Assembly (NCBI GenBank): GCA_013416795.1
Contig: RQSC01000308.1
Span: forward strand, 37,884 to 101,883
Length of the DNA: 64,000 nucleotides
Direction: 5' to 3'
Source: Prasinococcaceae sp. CCMP 1430
Taxonomy: Eukaryota; Plantae; Prasinodermophyta
Made by a program: the position numbers and the translations under genes. How positions within the stretch are numbered: the first letter of the stretch is position 1; each line of letters begins with the position of its first letter. Shown piece by piece: positions 11,556 through 21,506 of the stretch. Under the pieces are notes generated by a model. The model was not told where the DNA came from. It saw only the letters and a list, made by a program, of their open reading frames with translations, and did no database searches.

Positions 11556-11923
11556 CGCGGGCGCGCATGTGGCCCTCGCGTGCGCGCACGCGCGCGCGCG
11601 CGCGCTAAGACCTAAATAGGGTCTACTTCACACACGCACTTGAATCCCATTCACCCACACTTTATCCGCACACGGCGCTCTAAAAACCTCAAATCCGCGC
11701 CGACTCCGAGTGGATGACGGGCGACGACCCCCTTCGAAACTTCGTGTCAATTTCGAATCCGGCGCCTCGAAGCTCTCGAAACCTCAACCTCAACCGCTGA
11801 GGGGACGCGCGTGGGCGCGCCGGAGCGCGGCGCGGCGGCGGGCGGGGGGGCGCGCGGACCTCTCCTCCCCCCCAAGGCTCCCGCCCCCTTCTTCGCCCCC
11901 GTGTCTCGCCGGGCGCCCGCAGG

Positions 11924-12679
11924 CGGGCGAGCGGCGCGCGGCGCGGCGTCCGGCGCGCGGCGCGGGCGCAGCAGCTGGAGGAGCAGGGTCAAGACGCGCG
12001 GGAGAGGCGCGTGGAGACCATCAAGGCAAGCGCACCCTTCGTCGACGATGCGGCGTGCTGGGCGCGCTCAGTCGCCTTTGAGACGGTGCTCGGCGGCGAC
12101 TACGGCGGAGAGGCGCCGGCGGACGCGCGTGACGTGCCCGGCGGCTCGCGCTTCTTGCAGCGCCTGAGCGGTGACCGCGCCCGCGCGGCGGCGCTGGCGC
12201 CGCGCGAGCGGCTCAAGGCCGCTGGGGGCCAATTCAAGGTCGTGTCCACGTTTATGCCGGAGCCAACCAAGCTGCTCGTGCGCTGGACGTACACCGAGAA
12301 GGGAGATGACGCAGCGGTGGTGGAGGGCAGCACCACGTACCGACTCACGCGCGACGGCGGTGCGATCGACAACGTCGAACACACATGGCAGGTGCGGCGT
12401 GAGGGCCTCGGGGAGATGGACGTCTTTAACGTTGCGCTGCGACAAGCGCGCCACCAAAGGCCGCCGGACGCTTCCGTGTTTGCTTGGTTCGCGCCGGCCG
12501 TCAGGCTGGCCGCATGGGAGGCCTTGATGGAGGACCCCGACTTTGGTGGGCAGCTCGTGCGATCGGAGCTCGACGACCTCACCGATCAGGCCATCATCGC
12601 CTTCGTGGCGCTGATGCTGTCGTTCGTCCTGCTCTTCGGCAAGGTCGGCTACCTGCTCGTCACCGCCCGCGGCGGGTGA
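11924..12679 (+). CDS. Probable plastid protein with an NTF2/DUF2358-like domain and a C-terminal TM helix; start unresolved
   Basis: KLLVRWTY...VEGSTTYRLTRDGGAIDNVEHTW resembles NTF2-like folds (inference). Hydrophobic tail AIIAFVALMLSFVLLFGKVGYLLV; Arg/Ala-rich transit-like sequence upstream in frame. Confidence 0.5.
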   Translation, partial: RASGARRGVRRAARAQQLEEQGQDARERRVETIKASAPFVDDAACWARSVAFETVLGGDYGGEAPADARDVPGGSRFLQRLSGDRARAAALAPRERLKAAGGQFKVVSTFMPEPTKLLVRWTYTEKGDDAAVVEGSTTYRLTRDGGAIDNVEHTWQVRREGLGEMDVFNVALRQARHQRPPDASVFAWFAPAVRLAAWEALMEDPDFGGQLVRSELDDLTDQAIIAFVALMLSFVLLFGKVGYLLVTARGG

Positions 12680-13512
12680 CCAACCTCCCGCCAGCACGAG
12701 CGCGCCGGCACGCGCGCGGCTGGACCAGTGTTACTTTGTACCTTACTACCATCCCTTCGCCGCCCCGTGCCCCCCCTCCCCGCCCCCCGTGGGCCCGCCG
12801 CGTGCTGCGCACCCCCTCAGCGCGCACCCCCTCAGCGCGGCGCCGCAGACCGCCGCTGCAGACCGCCGCTGCCGCCCGCGCCGCCCGCGCCGCGCCGCCT
12901 TATCTTTTTATCCAAAAGGGGCGTGTGCGGGACCCTCCATCCTCCACCGGACTTTCGGTTAACCCCAAATCCGATTGCTCGCAAGCCGCTCGACGGCAGG
13001 CGAGGAATTGGCGAAGTGGCGAATTCCGCGGGGATGCATATGAAAGTGAAAGCGTCAAAAAAAAAGCGTCACATTGATATATGGGACGCGCGCACAACAC
13101 ACCAAAAACATAATTCGCGGCGCAAAAACCTCCGGAAACTGCGCCGAGCCGTCACATTGAAACTTCAAATGTGCAATTTGAAACGCTTTCACGACACGCG
13201 CAGAATTGCAAACGCGCTGTGCCAAAAGCCCCCCCCCCGAAACGCCGGAGACTGATTCGCGTCGGTCGCGCCCGCACGTCAAAACGCGTGTGTTTTTTTT
13301 TTTTTTTGGCGGGAAAAGGGCGCGCGAGCGCGTGTGTGATGCGCGCGCGGCGCAGCGGGTGTGTGGGTGGGCGGGGGGACGGGTGGTGTGCGCGTGGGGC
13401 TGCGCGGACAGCGCTCGGCGGCGCGGGGCGCGCCGGTGCCGGTGGCGGCGCGGCGCGAAGCGAGGCGACCGCAGGGAGCGCACGCTATCGAGCGAGCGAG
13501 AACGGTAGCGGC

Positions 13513-14643
13513 ATGGGCGCTGGCGAGGACACGGTGGGGAGCTCGCGCGGCGGCGGTGCCGCCGCCGGCGGCGGCACTCAAGCCACGCGTCTCTCCGTGC
13601 TCACATTCAACGTTCTCGCGCCGTGCTACAAGCGCGTGGGCCCGCCTGTGCCCCGCGAGCCTCTCGAGGCATCGCTCGGCGCGCCGCGGCCGCGGCGTGC
13701 GCGCGAGGCGTCCGACCCCGCCACGTGGCTCGCCCGCCAGCGCGCGTGCATCGCCGAAATCGAGGCCGCGCGCGCCGATGTGTGCATGCTGCAAGAGTTC
13801 CAGCTCGACAACGCGGACTTCGTGTCGCTCTACGAGGACGCCTTTGCGCACACCTACGAAATGTTCTACGCGCGTCGGCCGGGCAAGGCGGACGGGCTAT
13901 GCACCATGGTGCGGCGGGAGGCGCTGCGTGTGGTGGGTGGAGGGGCCCACAGCGTCACGCTCGTGCCGAAGGGCGACCGCGTGGCGACCATACTCGCTGT
14001 GCAGAGGCGCGGGGACGCCCGCACGGGCACGGGCGAAGGCGGGGCGGCGGGTGCGCCCACGCTGCTGCTGTGCAATACACACCTGTCTTTCAACCACGGC
14101 AAGCTGTGGGACAGGCGCGTGCGGCAAATGCAGGCTGCCGCACTGACGGCCGCACTGCGGCGGCGCGACGCCGAGCTTGCGGCCGCGGCTGGCGGCGGCA
14201 CCGGCGTGGCGGACGCGTACGTCATCGGCGGTGACTTCAACGGCGATCGGGAGGAGTTCGTGTTCAAGCACATGATCGGCTGGGGCTACGAGGACGCCAT
14301 GGGAGTCACCTGCAGCACCGACGGCGGTGTGGTGACACATCTCACACACAATGGCGACGCCATCGAGGCGGACTACTTTTTCGTCCTGGACCGCGGCGAC
14401 ACTCGCGGCGGCGGCGTGACCAAAGGCGAGCCCCGCAGCCGCGCGGTTGCCTTCGCCTCGAGCGAATTGCTGCCCCAGGGGCTGAGCAACACCGCGTGGC
14501 CCGACGAGCATGCCTACTCTATGAGCGACCATCGTCCGCTGAAGGCAGAGCTCGACTGGCTGAGCGCCTCCGCGCCTGTCGACACGGACGATGCGCGCGC
14601 TGGACAGGTGGTACCAGCCGAGGCCGCGCACGCCGTCTTCTAA
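13513..14643 (+). CDS. Endonuclease/exonuclease/phosphatase (EEP; CCR4/nocturnin-like) family protein
   Basis: LSVLTFNVLA, ADVCMLQEF, NTHL, VIGGDFNG, ADYFFV, SDHRP catalytic motifs in order. Confidence 0.9.
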   Translation: MGAGEDTVGSSRGGGAAAGGGTQATRLSVLTFNVLAPCYKRVGPPVPREPLEASLGAPRPRRAREASDPATWLARQRACIAEIEAARADVCMLQEFQLDNADFVSLYEDAFAHTYEMFYARRPGKADGLCTMVRREALRVVGGGAHSVTLVPKGDRVATILAVQRRGDARTGTGEGGAAGAPTLLLCNTHLSFNHGKLWDRRVRQMQAAALTAALRRRDAELAAAAGGGTGVADAYVIGGDFNGDREEFVFKHMIGWGYEDAMGVTCSTDGGVVTHLTHNGDAIEADYFFVLDRGDTRGGGVTKGEPRSRAVAFASSELLPQGLSNTAWPDEHAYSMSDHRPLKAELDWLSASAPVDTDDARAGQVVPAEAAHAVF

Positions 14644-14780
14644 GCACCGACGGAGAAAGATGGAAGGGGAGGGAAAGAACGGGTGGGTGGCGAGAGTTTG
14701 TGAGAGAGGGGAGAGGACGGAAACTACACCCACCATCAGACTCTGATGGCAAAAGCGCATGCACGCGCGCCCAAAAAGCT

Positions 14781-14990
14781 CACAAAACACACACAAAACA
14801 CACACACACACGACACAGGGACACACAAACCCGTACCACACACACACACATGCGCGCGCGCGTACACACACACGCGCACACATGCACACTCGCACACGCG
14901 CACACACGCACACACGCACACACACAAAGACACGCCCCGTACCAAAACACACACACACGCGCGCGCGCGCGCACGCACGCACACACAAAG
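14781..14990. repeat. Compound (CA)n/(CACG)n/(CG)n microsatellite
   Basis: About 200 bp of alternating purine-pyrimidine repeats between the convergent 3' ends of the EEP and KH genes. Confidence 0.9.
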
Positions 14991-15463
14991 ACAACAAACC
15001 TGTCTTCATGCGCTGCTCTTGTATATACCATTGTTTGCACACGTTCGCCTCAGGCTCGGGCGCACGAGCGTCCGCTCTTAGTCCCGCCAGCGAGCGCGCC
15101 TGGCCGTGTGCGCCACTGGTTGCTGGCCGATAGGATTATTTACGTACGCTGCGAGAGGCCAACTCGGATGCCTCTGACGCGCAAACTGGCGCGCGGTGGT
15201 GGCAGCGCCCGCTCGCCGCCTCTGCATTCGCCGGCGTCCGCCTGCCCCTCTCTCGCTCTCAGACTGGTCTTGGAAGACCGAATATGTAGGTCTCAGGGGA
15301 ATGAGATGTCATTAGTGTCCTTGAGGATGGGATGGTTGTTGGGCGTGGACGCATTTCCGGGCGGGGATGCTTCAGAGCGAGGGCGCGCGCAAACGCAGGA
15401 TAGTCGGGTTTGGGCAGTGGCAAGTGCCTTGGGACTGGCCCAGGTGGGCGGTGTGAGCCTCGC

Positions 15464-18328
15464 TCACATGTTTGAAGTGGGGCCCGGTGCGGCGCTCGCG
15501 ACGGTGACCGGCGATACAACACGTGTAGGCGCCACCGCCGCCGCTCCTACGTCCACCACAGTGTCGTAGACCGCAGGCACGGCCGCGTCGGACGCGCGCT
15601 GGCTGACAGGTGAGGCGAGGCGCGCTCCACGCTGCCCGAGTAGGCCGTCGATCATCTGCTGGGCTGCTGCAACCTGCACAAGCGTGCCAGTCATTTCGAC
15701 CATGCGCTTGGTGGCCCCGGGGGTGGCCTCATGCATCTTGACGCGTGCGCCCGAGAGCTCGCGGACTTGTCGAATGTTAGAGCCGCCACGGCCGATGATT
15801 GAACCCGAGGCCGCAGCGGGCACCGCCACCGTGACGGTCACGACGTCGCTGCCCTCGTCGCCCACTTCTGGCGCAGCGTCAGCGGCCAGGCCCACACCGC
15901 GCAGCGCGGTGACGGTTTCGAGGCCGCGCGAGGCTGGCGCGCAACCGGCGTTCTGCACACCCTCAGGGGTGGTCGGCACCGCCGGCGTCGGCGCCGCGGC
16001 TTTGCGTGCACCGTCCCTCGCTGGGCTGGCGCGCAGGCGCGTCGAGATCTCATGGAGGGCGGCGCGGGCCGCCGGCAGCGTGCCGACAATCTGGACGAGC
16101 TCATCGCCGTGCAAAGCGAGCGACCACGGCACCTGCTCGGGCGGCAGTACCCGGATCTGTGCACTCGTCTCCTCGCGCATCTGCTGGATGATAGCACCGC
16201 GCTTGCCCAGAAGGCAGCCGATCTGCGACGCAGGCACCAGCAGTCGCGTCGTGGTGAGGTGTGTGTTGTCGCTTGCGAGGCCTCCTTCCCCTGTTCGTGC
16301 GTCATTGGCAGCGCCAGCACCAGCGCCGAGAGCAGCCTCCTTGGCCCCCTCACCATCGTGGTCATCTTCGTCGTCGTCTTCGTCGCCCTGCATGAGCCGC
16401 GTGTGAACGCGGAAGAGACCTTCCTGCACGGCGCTGAACGGCATCTCGGCATCGTCTGGCGCTGAGATCACGATCACCCGCTCGTCGCAGCCGGAGACGT
16501 GACCGGTGATCTTGAAGCGCGCGCCGGTTTCCTCGCGCATTTGCTGCACGATAGACCCCCCCTTGCCAATTACCACGCCCACGCGCGACACGGGGCACAG
16601 GATACGGAAGCAGGCCTCGCCTGATCCCGCCGGCGGCAGCGAGTACAGCGCCGAGCCACCAGGGGAGGGGTGCGCGGAACTGCTGGGCTTGTGATGGGGC
16701 TGGTGGTGCGAGTGGTGGCTGTGGGATAGGTGTGGAAGCGGATAGCCCATGGCATCAACGGCATTCGCGGCGCTGTGGGCGGTGTGCATGCCCATGGACC
16801 TGCCCGCCCCGCCAGGGGCGACATGGTGGCCCTGCTGCTGCCTGTGGCCGTGCTGCGGCGGCGGCACGCCGGCCGCAGCGGCGAGTGCGGCAGTGCCCGT
16901 CTTCGGTGGGTTGGCCCGCAGAAGCTGTGTGATGTCCTGCAGTGCCGCGCGCACGCGACCCACCTCGCCCGACACTTGTAGCACGTCGTCGTCCTCCAAC
17001 GCGTGCGCGTGCGGGAGCGGGTGCTGCTCGCGCGAGAGCACCCGGATATGGGCGCCGCTCTCCTGGCGCATGCGCTCAATCACCGAGCCACCCTTGCCCA
17101 GCAGGCAGCCGATCTGCGATGCTGGTACGATTAGGCGGGTGCAGGTCTTGTCCTCCTCGCTGGAGACGTCCTCACCGGATGTGGCATTGGCGCTCGCGGT
17201 GCCCTCCTCAGCGCCGGCATGCGGATGCAAGGCGCCGGGCGCTACCATGACGGCCGCTGCAGGAGGCACAAAGTTCGCAGCTGCGGCCGTAGCCGGCGCG
17301 GTCCCGGGAACGCCGGCAGCGGCGGGCACCGAAACGCCGCCGTCACCCTCCACGATGCGCGTGTGAATGCGGAAGAGCGCCTCCTGCGCCGCGCTCCAAG
17401 GCGCCTCAGGCTCGTCCACCGCCGCGATGCCGATCACGCGCTCATCCATACCCTCCTTCGCCTCGCCGAGCTTGATGCGTGCCCCAGTCTCCTCTCGCAG
17501 CTGGCGGATGATACAACCACCCTTGCCCAAGACGGAGCCGGCGCGCGAACTCGGGCAGAGCATGCGGAAGACCGTCTCCACCGGGGCAGGCGCCGCCGCC
17601 GCTGCTGGTGCCGCGACCGCGGCATGCTGCGCCTCCGCGGCGAACGCCTGCAGCGCGGCGGCAGCCGCGACCGCCCCACCGTCCCCGAACGACCCAAGAG
17701 AGCCCAGCGAGGCCGAGCCCATGCCGTGGCCCATCATGTGCGCCGCGTGCGCGTGCTCAGGCGTTGGCTGGTACGTATGCTTCATCGCGCCCATGTCGGC
17801 CGACACGCCCGGAAAGTGGTATGCATGCGGCGGCGCAGCGGCGGCGTTGGCGACCGCAGCGAGCGATGCCGCGTGGTAGTGTTGGGCTTGTAGTTGCGCC
17901 TGCTGCTGCTGCGCGGCCTGCTGCTGCGCAGCGACAGCGGCCGCCGTGCTGAAGCCGTCCCAAGACACCTGCGGCGCTGGGACGCCTGCAGAGGCGGCCA
18001 GGGCCGCCGCAGAGTTTGCCGCCGCCGCTGCTGCCGCCGCTGCCGACGACGGCGATGAGGGCCCATGCCCGCCACTGTTACCGTCGCCATCGCCCACCAC
18101 CCTAGCGTCGGCCATTGCACCCCCGTCAGCTACCCCCACCGCGCTTGCGGTCGGGACCTGCGGCACAGGGGCGGCTGCCGGGGCTTGCGCTGCCGCCTGC
18201 CCTGCCACTGGCGATGTCACGGCCGCTGGCGCCGCCGGCGCCCCCGCGGGAGCAGCAGCGCCGTCGCCGCCGAGTCCGGCAAACTGCGCGCTTAACACGG
18301 CGGGGTCAAAGCCCGCCGCCGCCTCCAT
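15464..18328 (-). CDS. Five-KH-domain RNA-binding protein (HEN4/PCBP-like)
   Basis: Five GxxG KH motifs: GSVLGKGG, GCLLGKGG, GVVIGKGG, GCLLGKRG, GSIIGRGG. ATG at 18328 (MEAAAGFDP). Last exon boundary not certain. Confidence 0.9.
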   Translation of the reverse strand: MEAAAGFDPAVLSAQFAGLGGDGAAAPAGAPAAPAAVTSPVAGQAAAQAPAAAPVPQVPTASAVGVADGGAMADARVVGDGDGNSGGHGPSSPSSAAAAAAAAANSAAALAASAGVPAPQVSWDGFSTAAAVAAQQQAAQQQQAQLQAQHYHAASLAAVANAAAAPPHAYHFPGVSADMGAMKHTYQPTPEHAHAAHMMGHGMGSASLGSLGSFGDGGAVAAAAALQAFAAEAQHAAVAAPAAAAAPAPVETVFRMLCPSSRAGSVLGKGGCIIRQLREETGARIKLGEAKEGMDERVIGIAAVDEPEAPWSAAQEALFRIHTRIVEGDGGVSVPAAAGVPGTAPATAAAANFVPPAAAVMVAPGALHPHAGAEEGTASANATSGEDVSSEEDKTCTRLIVPASQIGCLLGKGGSVIERMRQESGAHIRVLSREQHPLPHAHALEDDDVLQVSGEVGRVRAALQDITQLLRANPPKTGTAALAAAAGVPPPQHGHRQQQGHHVAPGGAGRSMGMHTAHSAANAVDAMGYPLPHLSHSHHSHHQPHHKPSSSAHPSPGGSALYSLPPAGSGEACFRILCPVSRVGVVIGKGGSIVQQMREETGARFKITGHVSGCDERVIVISAPDDAEMPFSAVQEGLFRVHTRLMQGDEDDDEDDHDGEGAKEAALGAGAGAANDARTGEGGLASDNTHLTTTRLLVPASQIGCLLGKRGAIIQQMREETSAQIRVLPPEQVPWSLALHGDELVQIVGTLPAARAALHEISTRLRASPARDGARKAAAPTPAVPTTPEGVQNAGCAPASRGLETVTALRGVGLAADAAPEVGDEGSDVVTVTVAVPAAASGSIIGRGGSNIRQVRELSGARVKMHEATPGATKRMVEMTGTLVQVAAAQQMIDGLLGQRGARLASPVSQRASDAAVPAVYDTVVDVGAAAVAPTRVVSPVTVASAAPGPTSNM

Positions 18329-18455
18329 CACCCGCAGCGCGCCCGTTCTGGCCCCGTCCTGCCCCGCCGCCCTCGCTGCGCCCGCCCCCCAAAGGACTCC
18401 GATCGCGCGACCGATCGCGCGCCGCACACCAGCGCGACGACCGCTGCCCTCCCTT

Positions 18456-18456
<1 letters not shown>

Positions 18457-18502
<46 letters not shown>
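18457..18502 (+). repeat. C46 homopolymer upstream of the KH gene
   Basis: Direct count from the sequence; homopolymer length may be unreliable. Confidence 0.85.
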
Positions 18503-18971
18503 ACGGACCCGTCCGCGCGGCGCGCGCGGGCGAACGCGCGGCCCGCGGCGCGACGGACCAATGGGCACGCCGACCTGGATCTGATTTTATTCAGCTTATA
18601 TTGGCCATCGATTTTTTTTTCGCCGCGCGACACGCTCCCTTATTGCAGTCGTTGTTCGCGTGCCGCCCGTGCACCCCTGCGTGGCCCGCCGTCGGCGAGC
18701 AGTGGCTGCCGCTCGAGTCGCCGGGTGGCCTCGTGCCAGAGCTCGCGGCGGGGTGCGGGGCAATCTTCGGGCCCACAAGCGCGGCCCTCGCCCCCAAGCC
18801 GGCGCGGATCTGAGCGCAACGGTGGGGGCCGCATTTGTAACGGTGTTTCACTCGCACGTGCATGCGCTTTCTCACACGCGGGCCGTCGCCCTGCTGCAGA
18901 TGGTGCTGGGCGCACAGCGCGTGCGCGAGCTCGGCCCCTCGGCATCGCTCGTGCAACTATGCTCCCCACGT

Positions 18972-19925
18972 TTATAGCGCAAGCTTGCCAGCATTGGGGG
19001 CAGCGCCACTTGTGGTTCCCTCCTCCCCTGTGAGCGCACATGCGCTACCCCCGTCGTCGCCCGCCTCGCCCTCCGCACACTCGACACCACCCCAGCGCTG
19101 CGCGGCGCGCGCGCAATTAAACTGCGGCTTGCCAAGCGCCGCATTGACGCGGTTGTGCGCAGCGCATGCCCACGCGCGCAGCGCGGGGCCGCTCGTCACG
19201 TCTGGGGGGAGCTCTGCAGCGCCCAGCACCCAGCGGGCGTTCGTGCGCGGTGCGCCCGGGGAGCGCGGTGCGAGTTCGTCAGCGCAAATGAATCACACGA
19301 GCGATCGCGCGCCAGCAACAGCTCATGAGCGCGCACAGCATTTCGCTCCCACTCGCCGCAGCTGGTACGCACCTTTGAGTAGCTCACCAAAGTGTTTGGC
19401 GCAGTGTGCGCACGGATACACATGCTGCAGCGCTAGGATGAATTCTTTGGCTGCTCGCCGCTGGGCGCGCGTCGGCGCGTCGGGCCACTGTGCAGCCATC
19501 GTGTGCAGCAACAGCCAGGTCGCCTGCCCGAGTTCCTCCCGGCTCACGCGCCCGCCGCCTCCATCCCCGTCTCCGCCCCCTTCTCCACCATCACCGCCAC
19601 CTGTGGCATATATTGTGCTGCTGTGACTGCCTTCGTCGCCAGGTGCGACGCCGATGTCGGGCTCGGCAACAGCGGTAGCAGCATCAGTGCCGCCGCCAGA
19701 GCCGGCACCCTCGTCTTCAGCAGCGTCGCCATCGCCCCCCATGCGGCTAGCTGCGCCGCCGGCGCACGCCGCCGGGGCCGTCACGAGCGCCGCTGCGCCG
19801 GCGCCCACCACGATCGCGGCGGCGCTCCGCCGTGCACGTCGTGCATGCCGCGGCTGTCGACCGTGCGGCAGCACGTGCACGCGAGCCCCGAGCCAGCGCG
19901 GGGGCACGCCTCCAGCAGACGCCAT
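18972..19925 (-). CDS. ERV1: ERV1/ALR FAD-dependent sulfhydryl oxidase, 2 exons (19925-19373, 19213-18972)
   Basis: REELGQATWLLLHTMAA, YPCAHCAKHF (CxxC), WACAAHNRVNAALGKPQFNC (CX16C). Phase-1 intron GTGCGT...CTGAC...CTGCAG keeps the frame. Confidence 0.92.
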
Positions 19926-20099
19926 TGTCCTTCCCCTCAAGGAGCGCCGGAGCGCGTACGCACCCGTTGACGTGCGACACGGCGCGGCGCGCACACAGTG
20001 GCGCGCGGCGCGCGCACAGTGGCGCACGCACGTCACGGGCAACCAGTAAAAAATTAAATTCATTCATTATCCGCCACACGCGCATCGCCCCGCCAGCCT

Positions 20100-21506
20100 T
20101 CACCCGAGCGCCGAGAGCCACCCCCAAACGCCGCCAACTGAGCTCGCATGCGGAGAGGGCGGGGGCGGGCTGGGCGGCGACGCTACGACGTGACCCATCG
20201 ACTCGTGCCAAGCTGTGTGCGCCTCCTCGGTCGCAACCACGAGATCCTCGGGCCGGTACGGCACCACAAGCTCCATCACCGTGTTTGCCGTGCCCGCGAC
20301 CATGCCGAGCGTGCCGACCAGGATGAGCACAGCATCGGCGGCGAGCTCCCATCGCGTCATGCGCTTGACGCCCACCACCTTGATGTGCAGCACCGCCGGC
20401 AGAATAAATGCCAGGCTGCCGCAGCACACCGACCCCACCAGCGAAATAAAAATTGAGAAGCCGGGCACGAACATCGCTGTGAGCACCAGCAACCCAACCA
20501 CCGCCACTCGTCGAAACGACGCGGCGTGCGCGTTTGCCGCCTCAGCCGCCTCCTCTTTCACTTTCACCTCCTCCATGTCCTCTGGAAGGAGCTTGTAGTT
20601 TGCCTGCGCGCGCTCCAAGATTTCCCAGACCGGCACCATCATCACCGGAAAGGTGAATAGCAAGCCTATCGACATGCTCACCTTAACCGCCGCCGTCAAA
20701 CCGTCGTCAGGCATGTTCAGTGTCACGATGTCGTTGGTGTCATCACCGAACGCCGCGTAACCGATGGCGCCAAAAGCGATGAAGAGCATGGTGATGATGC
20801 TCAGTGCGATCGTGAGCGTGCTAACGAACTTCTCGGGCTCTGCCATCGAGCTCTCGAGCGGCAGCATCATGCCGATACCCTCGAAGCAGTAGATGAAGAC
20901 GCCGAAGAGGAAGGGCAGCGTGCCGATGTTTGACCATTCCGAGCGCTCGAGCGTGTCCGCACTGAGCACCGCCGCGATGTCGTTGCGAAATATGACGACG
21001 AGCCCGAACAGGTTGAGCACGTCGGCGACGAGCGAGAAGGGCGCGAGGCGCGTGAGGCTCTTCACGAGGCTCAGTGAGACCAGCGCCGGCACCATCGCAA
21101 AGATGAAGCTCGAGGGGGGCCACGCGCTTATGCTGGACAGATTCTTCCCGATGAAGACGAGGTACGCCACGCAGAAGCCCGTCTGCGAGAGCACGAGCAG
21201 CGTGTTGACCACCGTGCGCCCCGCCTGGCCGAGCGCGGCCGCGGCGACGTCGCCATACGTCGCGCACGCCTCGTGGCGCACCTCCACCAGGAAGCGGCGC
21301 GTGCGCACGAGTGTCAGGATCGCCCACCACGACAGCACCGCGATAAATATGAGGAAGAGCGCGCCCTCGACGGTGCCGCTCTTGCGGAACGCGAACGGCA
21401 GGCCGAGCATGCCCGCGCCAATGAAGGCGATAAAAATGTTCGACAGCGTCTTCCCGACCGAGCTCTTGGCGCCTCCGGGCGCCGCGCCATGGCCGCCCTT
21501 GCCCAT
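20100..21506 (-). CDS. Amino-acid transporter, AVT3/SLC36 (Aa_trans) family
   Basis: KTLSNIFIAFIGAGMLGLPFAF, GFCVAYLVFIG, FGVFIYCFEGIGMMLPLE, GAIGYAAFG; many TM segments. Confidence 0.92.
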   Translation of the reverse strand: MGKGGHGAAPGGAKSSVGKTLSNIFIAFIGAGMLGLPFAFRKSGTVEGALFLIFIAVLSWWAILTLVRTRRFLVEVRHEACATYGDVAAAALGQAGRTVVNTLLVLSQTGFCVAYLVFIGKNLSSISAWPPSSFIFAMVPALVSLSLVKSLTRLAPFSLVADVLNLFGLVVIFRNDIAAVLSADTLERSEWSNIGTLPFLFGVFIYCFEGIGMMLPLESSMAEPEKFVSTLTIALSIITMLFIAFGAIGYAAFGDDTNDIVTLNMPDDGLTAAVKVSMSIGLLFTFPVMMVPVWEILERAQANYKLLPEDMEEVKVKEEAAEAANAHAASFRRVAVVGLLVLTAMFVPGFSIFISLVGSVCCGSLAFILPAVLHIKVVGVKRMTRWELAADAVLILVGTLGMVAGTANTVMELVVPYRPEDLVVATEEAHTAWHESMGHVVASPPSPPPPSPHASSVGGVWGWLSALG

